The translations under genes were made by a program, and so were the position numbers. The notes below the pieces were generated by a model. The model did not search any database and had not been told where the DNA came from. It saw nothing but the letters and a program-made list of their open reading frames with translations. From the human T2T-CHM13v2.0 reference genome, Homo sapiens, in NCBI RefSeq assembly GCF_009914755.1, contig NC_060926.1: DNA of 64,000 bases; one strand, given 5' to 3'. Position 1 is the first letter of the stretch; each line of letters begins with the position of its first letter. Of this stretch, positions 1-15,124 are shown piece by piece.

Positions 1-191
1 TTGATTTTATACTCTTTTCAACAATCCATATAGAACACTGCCTGCTCTTATAGTACATCTTTATGGATTAGTAATTTTCAATTTATGCAGTCGTTATCCT
101 ATTAGTATGAGCATACTGTAATTAGGAATTATATGTTTTAGTTTTGAATCCTCACTGCTAAGCACAGGGTTAGAAACAAGGTGATTATTCT

Positions 192-550
192 GGAAGGAAC
201 GGAGGAAGGAAGGAAGGAAGGAAGGGATGGAGGGAGGGAAGGAGGGAGGCAGAGAGAGAGAGAGAAAGGAAGAAAAGAAAGAGAGAGAAAGAAAGAAAGA
301 AAAAGAAAGAAAGAGAGAGAAAGAAAGAGAGAGAGAGAGGGAGGGAGGGGGAGGGAGGGAGGGAGAGAGAGAGGGAGGGAGGGAGGGAGGGAGGGCGAGA
401 GGAAGGAGGGGAAGAGGGAGAAGGGGAAGAGGGAAGAGGGGAAGAGGAAGAAAGGAAGGAAAGGGAAAAAGGAAGGAAAGAAGGAAAGAAGGAATGAAGG
501 GAGAGAGAGGGAGGGAGGGAGAAAATAGGAGAGGGAAAAAGGAAGGGAAG
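192..550 (+). repeat. GA-rich polypurine low-complexity tract (GGAA/GAGA/GGGA units)
   Basis: Almost pure A/G for ~360 bp; explains the E/R/K/G-rich and S/L/P/F-rich ORFs at 181-739. Confidence 0.95.
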
Positions 551-756
551 AACGCAGTTCTTAGATCCTTCTATCACTACCAGGTCCTGAAAATAATGCT
601 TGTCCCGCATCTTTTCAAATATGAGGGTTTCTCAGGTACTCAAAAACCTGAAAATACCAGAAATATCCATAATTACTTACTATTTTTTTTGTGGGCAGCT
701 ACATTTCTTTATACAGAGACAAATGGAAGTAAACTTTAAAAAATACAATCAGTCTA

Positions 757-1030
757 TTTATGGGGTACAGTGTGATGTTTTGATATCTGTATATACTGCC
801 AAAAGATTAAATCAAGCTAATTTACCTATTTATCACCTCAGCTACTTACCATTTTTTGTGGTGAGAACATTAAAAATCTATTTTTTTTTAGCAATTTTGA
901 AATATAGAATACATTATTACTAACTGTGGTCACCATACGGTGCAATAGATCACTAAAAGGTTTTCCTCCAGATCACACTGTACCCATAAATACAAGCAAT
1001 TACTTTTTTAATTAAAAATACATTAATTTT
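757..1030. mobile_element. Short L1MA-type 3' end insertion with 5' inversion
   Basis: 757-971 is L1MA 3'UTR antisense; 972-1030 is the sense tip with A-rich tail; flanks aaaaatacaatcagtcta (739-756) and aaaaatactgtcagtcta (1031-1048). Confidence 0.85.
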
Positions 1031-1444
1031 AAAAATACTGTCAGTCTACTTCCATTTCATTTCTTATGGCTTTTCCCAACGTCATATTCTTTGAGACCTG
1101 GATCCTATTGTACAATATCGGTCTGCCATGCTTATAATGTCACTAATTATGTTAGTTCAATGCAAGGAATCCTGTTTACAGGAAATATATTGAATTTTTT
1201 TTTATATTACATTAAGTATTGTCAAGAATATATGCAATACATATAGAAAAAATATGGGTAATTTTCTTCTTTCCAAAAGATTGCTATATACTCAGGAAAA
1301 CAAGACTAGCTTACATGAAATATTGTAATAAACAATATAAGTGTGGTGTATAGTTAATTACTTAATGTATGATTTGCAAGATATTTTGTGCTTATTTGGA
1401 TGGGTGATAGTCCATTAGAGACAGGCTTTTACATGGTTTTGCAA

Positions 1445-1560
1445 GTAGGACCTCTGGCAAGTTATGTAATCTGTTTTTCAGTTCTTTCATCAGTTAAATG
1501 GGAAATATACTCAAGAAACATAAATTATCATTGTAATTCTTGTTATTGTTGTTGCTGTTG
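1445..1560 (+). mobile_element. MIR fragment
   Basis: MIR core-like ggcaagttatgtaatct...catcagttaaatgggaaata. Confidence 0.55.
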
Positions 1561-1577
1561 TCATTATCATCACCAGT

Positions 1578-2104
1578 GTGACAGATGACAGGTGGCTACC
1601 AATGATTCACACATCTTGTTATTTATGGCCTTATATACAGCCCTCCTCTTGATAGTTGGCTGTATCCACTGGCATGCTTCTACTGAAAAATATATGGGAA
1701 AATTGATAGAATATGATGGGATACACAAGACTATAACTTCTATGTGGCCAGCATGTTCTCCCTTACTTTCATTCTCTCTTGCCCTCTCACTTGCCTTGCT
1801 TTGAAGAAACCAGTTGCCAGGCTGTGAAATGCTCTATGGTGAGGTTCAGTTGCCAAGGAACTGATGTAATCCTCTGATGAAAGATTAAGAGGAGGTAAAT
1901 TCTGCAAATGAGTATGTTGAGTGAGCTTGGAAGCAGATCCTCCCCAGTCAAGTCTTTAGATGAGATGGCAGCTCTGGTTGATACTTTTGTTACAACCTGT
2001 GCTTATATTCCTGATCCACAGAAATTTTTGGTATAATAAATGTCTGTTGTTTTAAGTCATTTGGTTTCATGAAATGTGTTATGCATCAACAAATAGCTAA
2101 TAGA
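1578..2104 (+). mobile_element. MLT1-family (MaLR) solo LTR
   Basis: TG start, gaagcagatcctccccagtcaag, and a typical MLT1 3' end (aataaatgtctgttgttttaag...aaatagctaata). Confidence 0.75.
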
Positions 2105-3211
2105 GTCATCATCACTACTAATCCCATGGACGAAAGATACACGTGTTGGATACCACATTCCAGGAATGACTTATGAAGAGTAAGGACTATGTAAGACAGA
2201 TAAGCTTGGGATGGGCATAACAAGTGAATGCAGGTTGTGAAGTCATTTAATGTGCAGAAAAACATACGCTAAAGCATCAAAATCAGGATACTGAGTATTT
2301 GTAAAGCAAAGAGCTAAGCTCAAGTTGGTTTGCAATAGTAGATTTTAAAGTAAGTTTGATTAGATAGCTGAAAAATAATCAAGGTGGTTAAAGTTCAAAC
2401 TTTTCCAGTAGATTTATTATACATTTACTAGCAAAATAAGAATTTGCCTTAATTTCCTCTTTCCACAGTGCCTAACATTATGCCTATCAGATATCAAATA
2501 TCAGATATCAAATATTCAATAAAAATATTCAAAAACCAAATGAGAACAGGGTGATTTTTCAGGCATCAGGAGTCTCTGGAGGCTTTTAAACTCAGAAGTG
2601 GTGTAATGAAAACTATGTTTATAGAATTTGGGTGGACATCTGCACCATGGAATACAGAGAGAAGAAAATGCTGTCATGGAGGCAAGCTCTTATATATGTA
2701 TGAGAATGTGTGAATACAGACTAAAGGAATAACAGTGGGGATGGAAGACACCCAGAAACAAAGAACAGGCCTCCAAGAATGCCACAGGTAAATGAGGCTG
2801 TGCCCGAAATGCCAGATCTTTACAAATGTCAACACAAATGATTGGAGTATCATTCCTTCTACTTTCATCACTAGGAAGTAACTAAAACAGGAATTCTATA
2901 CTCATTATCTCTTCAACTACTACCCATCTGTAGCTGAAGCAGCTAAAAATCTGAGGACATATGGCTGTGATAGGTAGATAGCGTCACATGCCAAAAACAG
3001 TATTTTCAGAGAGAAGAAAAAACATGAAAATGAATTCCAAATACTCATGTCCCCTATTTTGCAACCTCCTAACATCCTACTTGGTTTTGAAATACATGCA
3101 ATTAAACCTCATAAATATAGTGAAAAGTAAGATAAATCAAAATTACTGTATTTGAGAATGAGTCCACTATTGTTTGGCTGAGTAACACAGTGATAAGTAC
3201 AGAATAAATTA

Positions 3212-3608
<397 letters not shown>

Positions 3609-4134
3609 TTAAAAAGTAAAAACGCACAACTTGCCATACAGAAAAGTAAATGAAGAGCCATTATATGATAAAGACAATCTTGATATGTAGCACAAAATAA
3701 TGAACGTGGCTTATGTGTGTCAATATTTAATCGAAATTTTATTTATATGTAGAATCCTATCTATTAACATGTTAAAATAGAAATTAAATATTTGAGAAAC
3801 TTTTCTAAGGCAGCCACTTTTCTTTTTCATGTATTTCTTGCTTGCAATTTTACAATTTGTCATCTATCTTTTCTCTGTGTTTTTTTACCAGAAACTATCT
3901 TTTAAAAAGACTCTGTAAAAAATTAATAAATAGTTATTTAAATATAATAAAAACCATATGGAAAATGATCAATAACAAGGTGACAATGAAAGAGAAATTG
4001 CTTGTTCTACAATAAAATAAACTGTCTATATAATATTCTTGAGAAAAGCTGAATCAATAACATTTGGAATTTATGCTGATGTAAGAGATCATTTAAGTGA
4101 GAGAATAACTAGGCTGCTTAAGTTTGTACCTACG

Positions 4135-4570
4135 TTTTTTCAAGTAAAAGTCTCATTCAAATATAACGTGTTTACAGAAAAGTACATAAATCATGCGTAA
4201 ATCTCAGTAAAGTTGTACAAAGTGAACACAACTGTGCAGCCAGCATCCAGATCAAAAAACAAAGTCCTGCCAGCCTCCCATAAAGATGCCTAAGACTCTC
4301 CAATGCACACGGCCCTTCTGCAGGATAAAATCTCTACTAATTCTTTACACTATAAACAACATATGCCTATTTTTTACCTTTAATTAAATATTTATTTAAA
4401 TGTTTTAATTTTCCTTTATGTTTTGGGAAGTTGTACCATTTATATAATGGCATTGTATTGTTTGAATATATGAGTATATCAAAACATATTTCTCCATTCT
4501 ACTCTAGATGGACATTTGGATTGCTTCTAGTTTGGATGTATTAAAAATAGTGTTGCTATGAATTAGTTGG
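4135..4570 (-). mobile_element. Old L1 (L1ME-like) 3' fragment
   Basis: Antisense L1M 3'UTR motifs (caaagtgaacacaac...ccagatcaa; gatggacatttggattgcttctagtttgg). Confidence 0.65.
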
Positions 4571-4639
4571 CATCAAATGAAATATATACATATGTTGAAT
4601 TAGACCAAATACTGTGCAAGATTATTTAGATGAATGATT

Positions 4640-5060
4640 TCATTTCATTTTCAATAAAACAGCATGTGGTATTTACTATTAGTATCCTCATTCTTGAACT
4701 GCAGTAACTGAAGTTTGAGAGGGTTAGTAACTTTCCCAAGATGATGTGGCTAGTAAGTATGGGAGGCCAAATTCATGATTCAACAAATAGGGTCTCTAAC
4801 TTATACCAGGACCTCTTATAGAAGCAATAAAAATAGCAATAAATAAAACAGATCATAATCCCTGTCAACCATTTTAGTTGGTTTTAGGAGAGAAGACAAT
4901 AAAGTGTGTCATATGTTAGTTTGTGAGGTGATGTGTGTTAAAGAAGAAGGTAAATTAGGAAGAAAAATAAGAAATGAGAAGGGTTTGTTGGTTTTAATTT
5001 TAGGTAAGGTGACTGGAGAAGAGTTTGATGAGAAGGGTGATGTTTGATTAAATAACCTAA
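4640..5060 (-). mobile_element. MIR followed by L2 fragment
   Basis: actgaagtttgagagggttagtaactttcccaagat (MIR), then L2-like aataaaacagatcataatccctg. Confidence 0.55.
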
Positions 5061-5778
5061 AAAAGGATTAGACTTCAGGCCTATCTTGTAGCAGAGCCCA
5101 TACTGTTTACATATTCAACCAATAAATGTAAATTTATAACTTCCTAATAGAGATATTTTGAAAATACTGCACATCTTAAAAAAAAATCTACTGCCCACGC
5201 ATCTGTATGTAAATCATTAGAGAGAACAAAACAAAATAAACAAATGAAAGCCAATTGCACTGAATTTAGAGTGGATTTAATTGAAAGAACTTAAAAGGCT
5301 GATTCCCAGTCCTCTTTATAAATAGTGGTTGATAAGACGTCACTGGACATATTCTGAGGTTAACAAGCCAAAATATCAATGATGGTTAGACAAATATTGT
5401 TAACTAAAGGCAAGATTAGAGGTAATATGAGAAATCATTGAGCTAGTAACACTTGTAATTTTTATTAAACCTTTCTTCTAAGGGATAATTTACTTTATGG
5501 AGGCAAATATAAAATTGATTTTAAAAATACGTTATATGCTATATTTAAATTAGTGGAACATAAGACATCACTGTTATTTTTGTTTTCTTTACCTTAGGAG
5601 AATTGGGTAAAAATAGTCTAACAAGAGATTTTTGCCTCTGGTATGACCAAGTAGCTCTTAAAGGACCCAATACTGACACATATAAAAGCTACACATTTTT
5701 TAAAAATATAAACAAACAAACATATAAACAAAAATCCCATAATGACATAAAGGAACTGGAGAATGAACCAAAACAGGC

Positions 5779-6145
5779 TGATACGGTTTGGCTGTGGCCT
5801 TACCCAAATCTCGAATTGTAGCTCCCATAATTTCCATGTGTCATGGGAGGGACCTGGTGGGAAGTAATTGAATCATGAAGGCGGGTCTTTCCCATGCTGT
5901 TCTCGTGATAGTAAGTAACTTTTATGAGATCTGATGATTTTATAAAGGGGAGTTTCCCTGCATATGCTCTCTCTCTCTCTTGCCTGCTGCCATGTAAGAC
6001 ATGATTTTGCCCCTCTTTTGCCTTCTGCCATGATTGTGAGGCCTCCCTAGCCATGTGGAACTGTGAGTCAATTAAACCTCTTTCCTTTATAAATTATCCA
6101 ATCTCAGGTATGTCTTTACTAGCAGTGTGAGTACTGACTAATACA
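5779..6145 (+). mobile_element. THE1 (THE1B-like) solo LTR
   Basis: tgatacggtttggctg...gactaataca; perfect 5-bp TSD CAGGC on both sides. Confidence 0.93.
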
Positions 6146-6764
6146 CAGGCCAATTCCTAATGGAAGGTAACATTTGGCAGATGAAACTGGCATGAGTGAG
6201 TTATCAGGTTTTATGCCTTTTAACTCAGGGTCAGGTCAAAGTCTACACATGGGGTATATAAAACTCTTCTAGGGAGCTCACATACTTTACCCCCTGCAGA
6301 AACACAAGACAAAGATTTGGTGTATTGTAGCCACTGGTAAGTTATTGAGAGCAGTCCCAGAAAAGATGGAGCCAAAGAGGGAGAACTCCAAATTTTGTTT
6401 ATAAATTTAGCCTAATATCAAGCTAACTTCTAAACACTAAAGTATGGCACATATTCCAAAATGTAAAATCAGTACTGAGATTGATTTGCCACCCAAGAAA
6501 CAGAGTTTACAGTTTGAACCCAACCAATTTAATTACATGCAAAATAAAACAAACAAACATGGCCAAATGTGTATAATAGAATTCAGAACATACCCAACAT
6601 AACTCCACAACATCAATGATAAAATCCAATATACTAGACATTTGAAAAGCCTGGAAAATGTGGCAAATTTTAAGAGAAAATATAATCAAGACACTATTAC
6701 TAAGATGATGCTGATGTTGGGTTTATCAGAGGCAGTTTTAAAACTGCTATAACTATGTATGGAA

Positions 6765-9700
6765 GGGATTTCAAGACAGGTGATTGGAGGCCTCTGGAAC
6801 CCACCTCCTCCACAAAGAACCAAAATAGCAAGTAAATAATCACACTTCAAATAGATCATCTAAGAGAGAATGCAGGGATTCAATAGGGAAGTGTCTGGAA
6901 GGAAACACCTAAGGCAAGGAAAGAGAGGAAAGTAAGGCAGGCTGCTTGGCTGGGATCAGCTGGGAGCCTGTCCGGAGAGGCTCCTCAATACAGGGAAAGG
7001 GAGGGTGAGAGACCCCCAGTGGTCAACATTTCCTCTGCAGACTCCTGCAATCCTGGCCGTGAGAGAGCCCCTTGACCCTTGGGGCCCTAAGACTAACAGG
7101 AAGCTGCCAGGAAACCACACAATGGTATTGCTCCAGAGAAGGCATTCAAGCTGGGTCCCATATTGCCCGAGTTCCAAGATGCTATAACACAGAGAGAGAC
7201 CCACCCCGAAAAGATTGCATCCTGCCCTGGGGTCCCACAACCCCTGCATCTCTAAAACCTTGGAGCCCCATTGACATCCCCAGCCTGCAGACTCTGCTGC
7301 TGCTGGTTGCTACTGCCAGGGCCAAGGCATGAGCTATTGGCAGCAGCCCTTCCACCAGTCACATTTTCATGTACCCTGAGGACAGACTCCCCAACCTACG
7401 GCTGCTGCTGCTGCTGGCTGTCACTTCTGAGGCCAAAGTGTGAGCCACTGGCAGCAACCCTAAGGACAGATTAGCCTGCCTGAAGCCGCTCCCTGGGACT
7501 AAAGTGAGAACTCCCCAGCTGCCTGCCTAAGGCCACTGCCACTGAAAGCAACCCTGTTCTTACCGGCAGCAGGCCTGCAGCACAACCACTGCTTCCCCCA
7601 CCCAACCATTCTATCAGGAGCCTAGGTATCACCCAGGCTACCTACCAAAGCAAGCACCTGCACATGTCACTGGGGAGCCTGAGGACACGCCTGTCTGGCC
7701 CAGCTCTGCCCCTGTCAGTGCCCAAGCACACCATCTGGGAGTTTGGAGGTCATCCTGCCCATTCTGCCATTAACACCTGAGCACCCCTCCCAAGGGCCTG
7801 AGCATGGATCCATTCAACCTGCTGCAACCACCACAGTTGGCACCCACCAATACATGCCACTTGTGGGCCTGGGAACTAGCCCACTTAGCCTTTCACAGAC
7901 ACCACAAACACCAGTGTAGATGCTTGGAAACCAGAAGATTGTCCTGCCACTGCTGTCTTCCATGGCATCACCCATGTCATGCCCATTGCCTAGGGGCCCA
8001 AGGACCCACCTACCAGCCCATTCCACAACTAATCCACAAGCTGCCTGTAAGAATCAGCCCACATAAGCCCATTAAAATTGGGGCCAGAGTACAATACCTT
8101 GGGGCTCAGGAACAGGCATGCTTGGCCTTCTGCTGCCACCAATGGGCCCAAGTATTGGCCCACCTGGCATCCCCATCCACAGTAAAACTTAAACACAGTC
8201 TCCATTAAGAATTACACCCTAAGCCACAGAAAAAAACCATTGACACTGCTTACAGATGAATAAATTATATAGGGACTACACTATTGCACACACCCAAAAG
8301 CAAAGGCAAAGTGCCATACCCAATCAACACCATAGATACATCTTCAGGAAAAAGTCCTTCCCTATAAAAGCAAATCCAAAAATTGGAAGAAGCAATTGTT
8401 ACAACAGACATGTAAATATCAATGTAAGGATACAAGAAACATGAAAAAGTAAGGAAATATAACACCTCCAAAGGGACACAACAATTCTCTTGCAACATAT
8501 TTCAATAAAAAAATTATGAAACACCAGCAAAATAATTCTAAATAATGACATTAAAGAAGATCAGTGAAATACAAGAGAACACAGATAAATAATACAAAAA
8601 ATCAGACTCTCTCTCTCTCTCGCTCTCACTCTCCATGAATTTCTTTGGGAAGAAAATAAATGCTCAAATGTTTTAAAAATCAGGAAGACAATTCAAGATA
8701 GGAATAATAAATTTACCAGAGATATATTTCATAAAAAAGAACCAAACAGAAATCCTGAAACTGAAGAATTCATTAGATAAAATAAAAAGTATGTTTAAAA
8801 GCTTTAACCATAGACTACATCCAGCAGAAGAATTTCAAAACTTGAAGACAAGTATTTTGAAATTATCTAGTTAGACAAAAATGAAAAAAAAACCTAAAAA
8901 TAATAAACAAAGCCTACATGACATGTAGGGCACCATAAACAAAATATTCAAATTTTTGGTAGCCCAGAAGGCAAAGAGAAATAAATAGAAAACATATTAA
9001 TGAAATAATAGCTGACGACTTTGCAAGTCTAGCAAGAGATTTAGACTTTCAGATAAAGGAAGCTCAGAAATGCCCAAATATATACAATTCAAAAACATCT
9101 TCTCCATGGTACATTCTAATCAAACTGTCAAAAGTCAAAGACAAAGAGAAAATTTTAGAAACAGTGAAATAAAATCACCTAGTCACTTACAAGACAACCT
9201 CCATGAGATTAACAGCAGGTTTCTCAGCAGACACCTTACAAGACAGGGGAAAATAGGATGATATATTCAAGATGCTGAAAGAAAAAGAAAAAAAAAAATG
9301 CTAGTCAAGGATACTATAACCAGAAAAGTTACCCTTCATAAATAAAGGAGAAATAAATTCTTTTCCAGATGAACAAAAGCTGAGAGAGTTAATCACAAGA
9401 CTGACCCTACAAGAAATATTTAAAGGAATCCCACACATGGAAGAAAAAGGATAAACCAAATTCAAACTTAGTTTTAGGAAAGAAAAAATAAAGATCAGAG
9501 CAGAACTAATGAAATAGACATATAAAAAACAATACAATGGATCAATACAATGGAAAGTTGATATTTTGAAAAAAACCCACCAATTCATAAACCACTAGCT
9601 GGACTAACCCAAAGAAAAAGAGAGAAGACCCACATGAATAAAACAAGAAATTATAAAGGAAACATAACAATTGATATATGAAAACACAAAAGATCATCAG

Positions 9701-10060
9701 AGACTATTAAGAATAACTGTACACTAACAAACTGGGAAACTCAGAGGAAATGGATAAATCCCTGGACACTTATAACTTATGAAGACTGAATCAGGAAGAA
9801 ATAGAAAACCTGAACATACCAATAATAAGTAATAAGATTGAATCAGTAATAAAAAGTCCCCTAACAAAGAAAAGCCCAGGATTGAGTGGCTTCACTGCTG
9901 AATTCTACCAAACTTACAAAGGAAAAAAATAACACCCATTCTCCTCAAACTGTTCAACATCTCTTCACAGTAAAAAGTCTCAACAAACTAAGCATAGAAG
10001 GAACACACCTCAACAAAATAAAGGTTATATATGACAAACCCATAGCTAACGTCATACTAC
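6765..10060 (+). mobile_element. Old L1 (L1PB/L1MA-age) 5'UTR, ORF1 and partial ORF2 remnants with internal deletions
   Basis: GC-richer 5'UTR (6765-~8300) with internal repeats; ORF1-like 8440-9450 joined directly to post-endonuclease ORF2 sequence (aaagatcagagcagaact...); [10 protein letters not shown] at 9886 is a known alternate-frame L1 read. Confidence 0.8.
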
Positions 10061-10172
10061 CAGCACTTTGATTTTGGACTTAGCTGCCAGACCTGTGAGT
10101 AATAAACTTCTGTTATTTATAAGCTACTTCATTTATGGTACTTTGTTAAAGTATCCTGAATGGACTAAAGCA
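10060..10172 (+). mobile_element. MLT1/MST LTR 3' fragment
   Basis: ttgattttggactt...gtgagtaataaacttctgttatttataagctac...ggactaaagca. Confidence 0.7.
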
Positions 10173-10191
10173 AAACCAAAACAGGTTCTTT

Positions 10192-11645
<1,454 letters not shown>

Positions 11646-13412
11646 AATATCAATAAAATTAATAAGATTCTAGCCAGGCTAGCTAATTACATGGGTTCAT
11701 TGGTGATTTCTACTAAACAATTAAAAAAGAAATGATACCAATTATCTACAATCTCAAAAAAAAAAAATAGGCAAGACTTCTGTATTCTGTGAGCTCAGCA
11801 TTACCCTAATACCAAAACCCAACAAAGACACTATAAGGATAGAAACCCACAGATCAATATCTCTTGTGAAGATATATGAAAATATTCCCAATAAAATATT
11901 TGCAAATCAAAACAAATAACATATAATGAGAATTATACCACAACCAAATAGGGCTTATCTCAGGTATGAAAGTCTGGTTCAACATACAAAAATCAATTAA
12001 TGTAATCCATCACAGCAACATATTGAAGGAAAAAAATCACATTATCACATTAATAGATGCAATTAAAAAATGTATTTGACAAAACTCTAAAAAAACTAGG
12101 AATAGAATGGAACTTTCTCAACACCATTTAAGAAACAAGTACAACTAACATCATAGCTCATGGTGAGAAACTCAAAGCCTTTCCATTAAGATCAGGAAAA
12201 AGGCAAAGATGTTTCCTTTTACCACTGCTTTCCCACATCAAACTGGAAGTCTAATGCAATAAGAAAAGAAAATAAATGTATACGGACTGGACAAAGAGAA
12301 ATAAAATTGTATTTGTTGCCAGATGACATGATTGCCTATGTATAAAATCCAAAACAATCAATTTAAAAAAACCTCCTGGAACTATATCAAGAATGCAAAA
12401 TATGGCTGGGCGTGGTGGTTCACTCCTGTAATCCCAACACTTTGGGAGGCCAAGGCCGGTGGATCGCCTGAGGTCAAGAGTTTGAGACAAGCCTGACCAA
12501 CATGGTGAAACACTGCCTCTACTAAAAGTACAGAAATTTTCCCGGGTGTGGTGGTGCATACCTGTAGTCCCAGCTACTCAGGTGGCTGAGGCAGGAGAAT
12601 CATTTGAACCCAAGAGTTGGAGGTTTGCAGTGAGCCAAGATGGTGCCACTCCACTCCAGCTTGGGCGACAGAGAGAAACTCCGTCTTGGGGGGGAAAAAA
12701 AGAATGCAAACTACAAGGTTAATATACAGAAGTCAATAATTTTTCTATTTAGCAGCAATGAACAAGTGAAATTTGATATTAAAAGCATATTGTTATTTAC
12801 ATCAGCACCCCTCAAAATGAAATATTTAGATATAAATACTACTAAGCATGTACAAAACTGATATGAAGAAAACTACAAAACTCTGATGAAAACTATCAAA
12901 GAACTAAATTAATGAAGAGGTTTTCCATGTTCATGTGTAGGAAGACTCAATATTGTCAAAATGTCAGTTTTTCCCAACTCGATCTACAGATTCAATGCAA
13001 TCCAAGTAAAAATCCCAGCAAGTAATTTTGTGGATATCAACAACCCGATTCTAAAGCTTTTATGACCCAGAATGGTCAATTCAATATTGAAGAAGAACAC
13101 AGTCAGAGAACTGTCACTACCTGACTTTAAAACTTACTATAAAGTAACAATAATCAAAACAGTGTGGTATCTCTGAAAGAGTAGACAAATAGATGAATGG
13201 AACAGACTAGAAAGACCAGACCCATATAACATAGACTCATATAAATATAGTTGACTCTTTTTTTTTTTTTTACAAAGAATCAAAAAAATTACAATTACAA
13301 TGAAGCAAAGATATTCTTTTCAACAATAGTGATGGAATAATTGGACATCCACTTGCAAATAAAAAAGTCAAAAACATTCTAGACATAGGCCTTAAACTTT
13401 TCACAAAAATCA
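11646..13412 (+). mobile_element. Old L1M ORF2 remnants (interrupted by Alu)
   Basis: Degenerate RT-region sequence (ttaccctaataccaaaaccc, aagatcaggaaaaaggcaaagatg, gaagactcaatattgtcaaaatgtc). Confidence 0.8.
12404..12699 (+). mobile_element. AluS
   Basis: Full dimer; TSD aagaatgcaaaata / aagaatgcaaacta; tail begins with a G run. Confidence 0.95.
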
Positions 13413-13832
13413 ATAGCAAAGTATTTTTGCTTATTCTTCTCCTAAGTTTTCATAAACAGAAACAATTTCATCCTTAAATAATTGATGAAAAAAGTAGTGA
13501 AACCATCTACTCTTGGATTGCTCTTTGGGACCTATTTATCACAATTCAAAATTTCTTAAAGATATGATATTGTTAGGTTATCTATTTCATCTTGAACGTG
13601 TATTGGTAGCTTGTATATTTCAAGGTACTTCTGTATTTCTTCCACATCATCTAATTTCTTGACATAGATTAGTTTTTCATATCTTTATTATCTTTTAAAT
13701 ATCTGGAAGACAGATAATAGTATTTCTGTGTTTATTTTGATATTGGTAATTTGTGCTTTCTTTATTGTTGTGTTGTCTTGCTAGGGCTTTTCAGTTTTAT
13801 CCATCTTTTCAATTATCCAACTTTTGTCTGAT

Positions 13833-14703
13833 AATTTCTTTTTATAGTGTCATGATGAGAACTTATATCAATGGGCATCTCCTGAATACTGAATTTTTAT
13901 TGTAAAAAATTATCAATTAATGCAAAAAAGGCAGCAAAAAGCAATAATACACCATAATAACAAAAGCAGAAGAGACCAATGGAAAACTAGGTAGAAGATA
14001 TTTTCCTTCAATTAGAAGGTGTCAATACCTAATTAAATATAAATGGATTAAACATTCCCATTAAAAGGAATAGATTATTAGAATGGTCAAAAATACACAA
14101 CCTACTACATGAGTTGGAAGCATAGAGTTTATAATAATAAAGCTCATAAAGCCATATTGGTATCAGAAAAATGACTATAATGCAAAGAGTATTATGAGTC
14201 TAAAAAATAAACATTTTATAAAAATGAAACAGGCAATTTACCAGGAAAACATAACAATCCAAAATATGTAGGCATCAAATAGCAGAGCTTCAAAACTCAA
14301 GAAGCAAAAGAATGACAAAACTAAGGGAAAAACACATACATCTAAAATAAAAGCAGGAAATTTTAACATCTCATTTTGGTAATCAATAAAACAAGTAGTC
14401 CAAAAATTTTAAGCATATAATATACCTAAAGAAACAGTCAACCAAATTGATATTAAAAGCATTTTCAGAATGCTACAAATATCAAAATCAAAGTACACAA
14501 TATTTTCAAGTACACATGAAACATTTTCAAAAATAAAAGTTACATTGGACCATAAAGTGAGTATAAATACATTTTAAAAGATTGAAGTATTTTGTAAAAT
14601 ATTATCATAAGACAATACACTTTACTTAGAAATCAATAAAAATTCAGTATTCAGGAGATGCCCACTGATATAAGTTCTCATCATGACACTATAAGAAGAA
14701 ATT
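13833..14703. repeat. 70-bp inverted repeat (13833-13902 / 14634-14703)
   Basis: Manual comparison: 68/70 identical as reverse complements; 731-bp spacer. Confidence 0.95.
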
Positions 14704-15124
14704 CAGATGTGAGTAGAAAGAAAATAAGTATCAGCGCAGAAACCACTGCAATAGAAAACCGAAAGATAATAGTGTTTTATTTTATTTCCACACTACCACA
14801 AATTTAGCTACACCTTTTAAAATATTTTTCAGTATATGCTCTGAAGTGAATAATATGCATTTGTAAATAAATATATTTGTAACAATATCTAATTAGTGTC
14901 AATATTGTACTACTTTACATTTCATACTTGACTCTACAATTCCTATTTGATACTTTCTCTGATTTCATACCTGAAATTTCACACATCATGCTTTCTAGAA
15001 GTGACCTAATAATGTCATAATTCTCTCTACCCACACTTCTATCTTTTGTGCTATTTTCTTTTTTCTTTTTTTTTTTTAGAATGCTATATATATCAAAAGC
15101 AATATTTTCAAGTACAGCTACAGA

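Noticed and set aside
181-739. Three overlapping 115-170 aa ORFs
   Set aside because: Artefacts of the stop-free GA tract; low-complexity translation.
2486-2515. 14-bp tandem duplication (atcagatatcaaat x2)
   Set aside because: Ordinary slippage-scale duplication.
6956-8208. GC-richer stretch with several ORFs resembling a promoter or first exon
   Set aside because: It is an old L1 5'UTR, CpG-depleted and continuous with ORF1 remnants.
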